Shown here: in pieces, positions 35,627 to 38,046 of the stretch | How the letters are laid out: every line of letters starts with the position of its first letter | How positions within the stretch are numbered: the stretch's first letter is position 1 | Assembly (NCBI RefSeq): GCF_006345805.1 | Contig: NW_021835835.1 | Span: forward strand, 1 to 38,046 | Length of the DNA: 38,046 nucleotides | Direction: 5' to 3' | Origin: Octopus sinensis | Taxonomy: Eukaryota | Made by a program: the position numbers and the translations under genes | Notes under the pieces: generated by a model | What the model saw: the letters and a program-made list of their open reading frames with translations, nothing else | Told to the model about the DNA's origin: nothing | Database searches by the model: none

Positions 35627-35863
35627 CGCACATACACATGTATACAATTTGCATTCCAGAAAGTTTTAGACTTTGTTAAGAGAAACAGTTATAACTGTCA
35701 GAGAATATTGTAATTTTGATATATCATTACTACACATCAAATAAGCTGACCTGCCACCTTTTGTTCTTGCAGATTGAAAGAGACTGAAGTAAAGGCACCT
35801 TACTAAGCACCATACTAAGCACTGCTTGTCCCACTTGACTAGTTTGCAGAATGCAGTCGAGAC

Positions 35864-36583
35864 ATGAAGTCAACTTAGGAGCTCACCATGTAAACAAAGT
35901 GTTTTGTTAGGTTGGACACAAAAGCTAGAGAAACTTATGAAATGCCCCAGACTGGTCGTGGATTAATTTCAATGAGCCAAATATTTGTTTCTCGCTGGCA
36001 CAATAAGTTCAAGTACAGTACAGAGGAAGTGTGGAGGCACATGGCCTAGAGGTTAGAGTAGCGGACTCACGGTCGAGGGATCGCAGTTTCGAATCTCAGA
36101 CCGGGCGATGTGTGTTTATGAGCGAAACACCTAAGACCCACGCAGCTCCGGTAGAAGGTAATGGCGAAACTTCTGCTGATTCTTTCGCCACAGCTTTCTC
36201 TCACTCTTTCCTCCTGCATCTTGCAGCTCACCTGCGACGGACCGGCGTCCCGTCCATTTGGGGAACCTATACGCCAAGAAACCGAGAAACCGGCCCTTAT
36301 GAGCCAGGCATGGCTCGAGAAGGAACAAACAACATCAACAGAGGAAGTGAGAGACGATGGAGTGTGTGGAAAGGAGAGGGACATCAGAATATCAGAGGTG
36401 GCAAAGGAAATTCGCAATTTTCAGCGTGAAAATCTTTGTGTGTCTATAAGGACAACAAACCTATAGTTTGGAGTTGGTGTGACGACTTTACTCAGAATTA
36501 TTCATGAAGATTTGTACTTACGCAAAATTTATGCAAAGTTTCTTCTCAGGATGCTCTGTGACGAACAGAAGGAAAGAAGCGTT
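35864..36583 (+). pseudogene. Mariner transposase N-terminal (HTH) remnant interrupted by a SINE
   Basis: KCFVRLDTKARETYEM..MSQIFVSRWHNKFKYSTEEV | RDDGVCGKERDIR..VSIRT..FGVGVTTLLRIIHEDLYLRKIYAKFLLRMLCDEQKER. Confidence 0.8.
36032..36337 (+). mobile_element. Full-length family-C tRNA-derived SINE with 12-bp TSD
   Basis: TSD acagaggaagtg at 36020-36031 and 36338-36349; A box TGGCCTAGAGG, B-box-like GTTTCGAATCTC; (AAC)-like tail. Confidence 0.92.
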
Positions 36584-37419
36584 GGTTCAAAGAGAGGAAA
36601 TTGAACATGAGCCTGCAGTGTCTTGGAAAGCAAACCACCTGATGAAGGATCGGCACACATCTGTTGTTAGGCTATATGTGTTTATGTTATTATTTATAAA
36701 ATAACTTTATGTAGTGGTATGAGAATAAAAACTCAGATACTTGCAGCTGTTGCCACTGTACAGAGATATACGTTGTAGCTTGTAATTAAAGTCAGTCTAT
36801 TTCATTTTCAGATTCTGTATGTATGTATTATGTCATTGCTCAGTTTTATTTCAAGATTTCTTGCCAAGACTCCTTCATTGGAATTTCAACAACATCAACA
36901 GTGTATTTGCGAAAGTATGTGTGCAGTTTTTGCAGCCAGTGCATGTGCATTCTCATGCGTATAGTTGCATGTCTAGACGCGCGCACATATACTTAAATGA
37001 TAAACGTTCGGAATGTTTCACAGATATTACTGTTCCAGTCATGGCTTGGATCTGTTGTTTTCCAACCCAGAAAGCAAACTTGTTTAGAGTGGAAGAAGTA
37101 GCCGTACCTGGCTTGATGTGTTGTGGTTCTTCGTCGCTCGGGTTCACTTCGGCTGGTCGTTGCCAAATTCACACTCAGTTTTCGTAGCCAACTTCACCCT
37201 GGCTGTCTTTCACTGTTTGTTCAAGCTGCCATCTTCACACTCTGCGTTCTTTACGACACCAATTTCACATTCCGCGTTCCTTACGTCAGCAATTGTTACT
37301 GCACGTTCCTTCGCCAGTTCAAATCGTCCACCTCACAGCAAAGACGCACGAGAAGAAAACATGCGACATGCTTCAGATTAGTCACGTGGTCAATAACGTT
37401 ATTTCTCTTTAGTAAGAGT

Positions 37420-37427
37420 ATGTATGT

Positions 37428-37460
<33 letters not shown>

Positions 37461-37895
37461 TAAATATATACACACAGTCTAACAAGCACACGCACACAAA
37501 ATCTCTCTCTCTCTCTCTGTCTCTCTCTAACACACATACAAACACACACACACACGCGTACAGGCACACACACATAAGTAAATATATACACACAGTCTAA
37601 CAAGCACAAGCACACAGACACTCTCTCTAACACACATACACACGTACCGACACACACACACCCATACAGACACACACACACACAAGACACACACGTACAG
37701 TCACGCACACACATAAATAAATATATACACACTGCCTAACAGGCATACGCACACAAATAAATATATACACACAGTCTAACAGGCACACGCACACAGACTG
37801 TGTCTGTCTGCCTGTCTTTCTCTCTCTAACACACTCACGCACAGACACAGATAGACACACGCACACACACACACACACACACACAACACACACAA
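37420..37895. repeat. (CA)n/(CT)n field with a recurring aaatatatacacacagtctaaca.gcaca unit (4 copies)
   Basis: Unit starts near 37462, 37581, 37719 and 37759. Confidence 0.85.
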
Positions 37896-38046
37896 GCCAT
37901 GGTAATGTTGCTGTAAGCAAAACCGTCAAATTTCTGGCGTTATATTCTTATATATAACCTCAAAAATAATGTTAAGTTATTTGTGCAACCGTCAAATTAG
38001 TTTTGTTCATACATAACAAATAAATTACTTTAGTTGCTTACACAAC

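Overview
AT-rich, microsatellite-dense animal genomic DNA with no recognisable host gene. The SINE types and repeat landscape resemble coleoid cephalopods (Octopus); that assignment is an inference. Nearly all long ORFs in the supplied track are microsatellite artefacts. The real content is mobile elements: (1) a near full-length L1/Tx1-type LINE (28235-33754; zinc-knuckle ORF1, APE-RT ORF2) sitting in a (TATC)n tract inside an older SINE; (2) a related ORF1-only, 'half-LINE'-like element (~10941-12785); (3) three 3' fragments of RLE-type (R4/Dong-like) LINEs in (TAA)n; (4) four mariner remnants; (5) three tRNA-derived SINE families, one of which (Nin/Deu-like core) repeatedly forms 184-bp head-to-tail multimers with a fixed hairpin junction and shares its 3' tail with the Tx1 LINE; (6) small elements carrying minimal hammerhead-ribozyme-like motifs, including a tRNA-headed one inside 67-bp inverted repeats (7708-8060). 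All alignments were done by eye; no searches were run.
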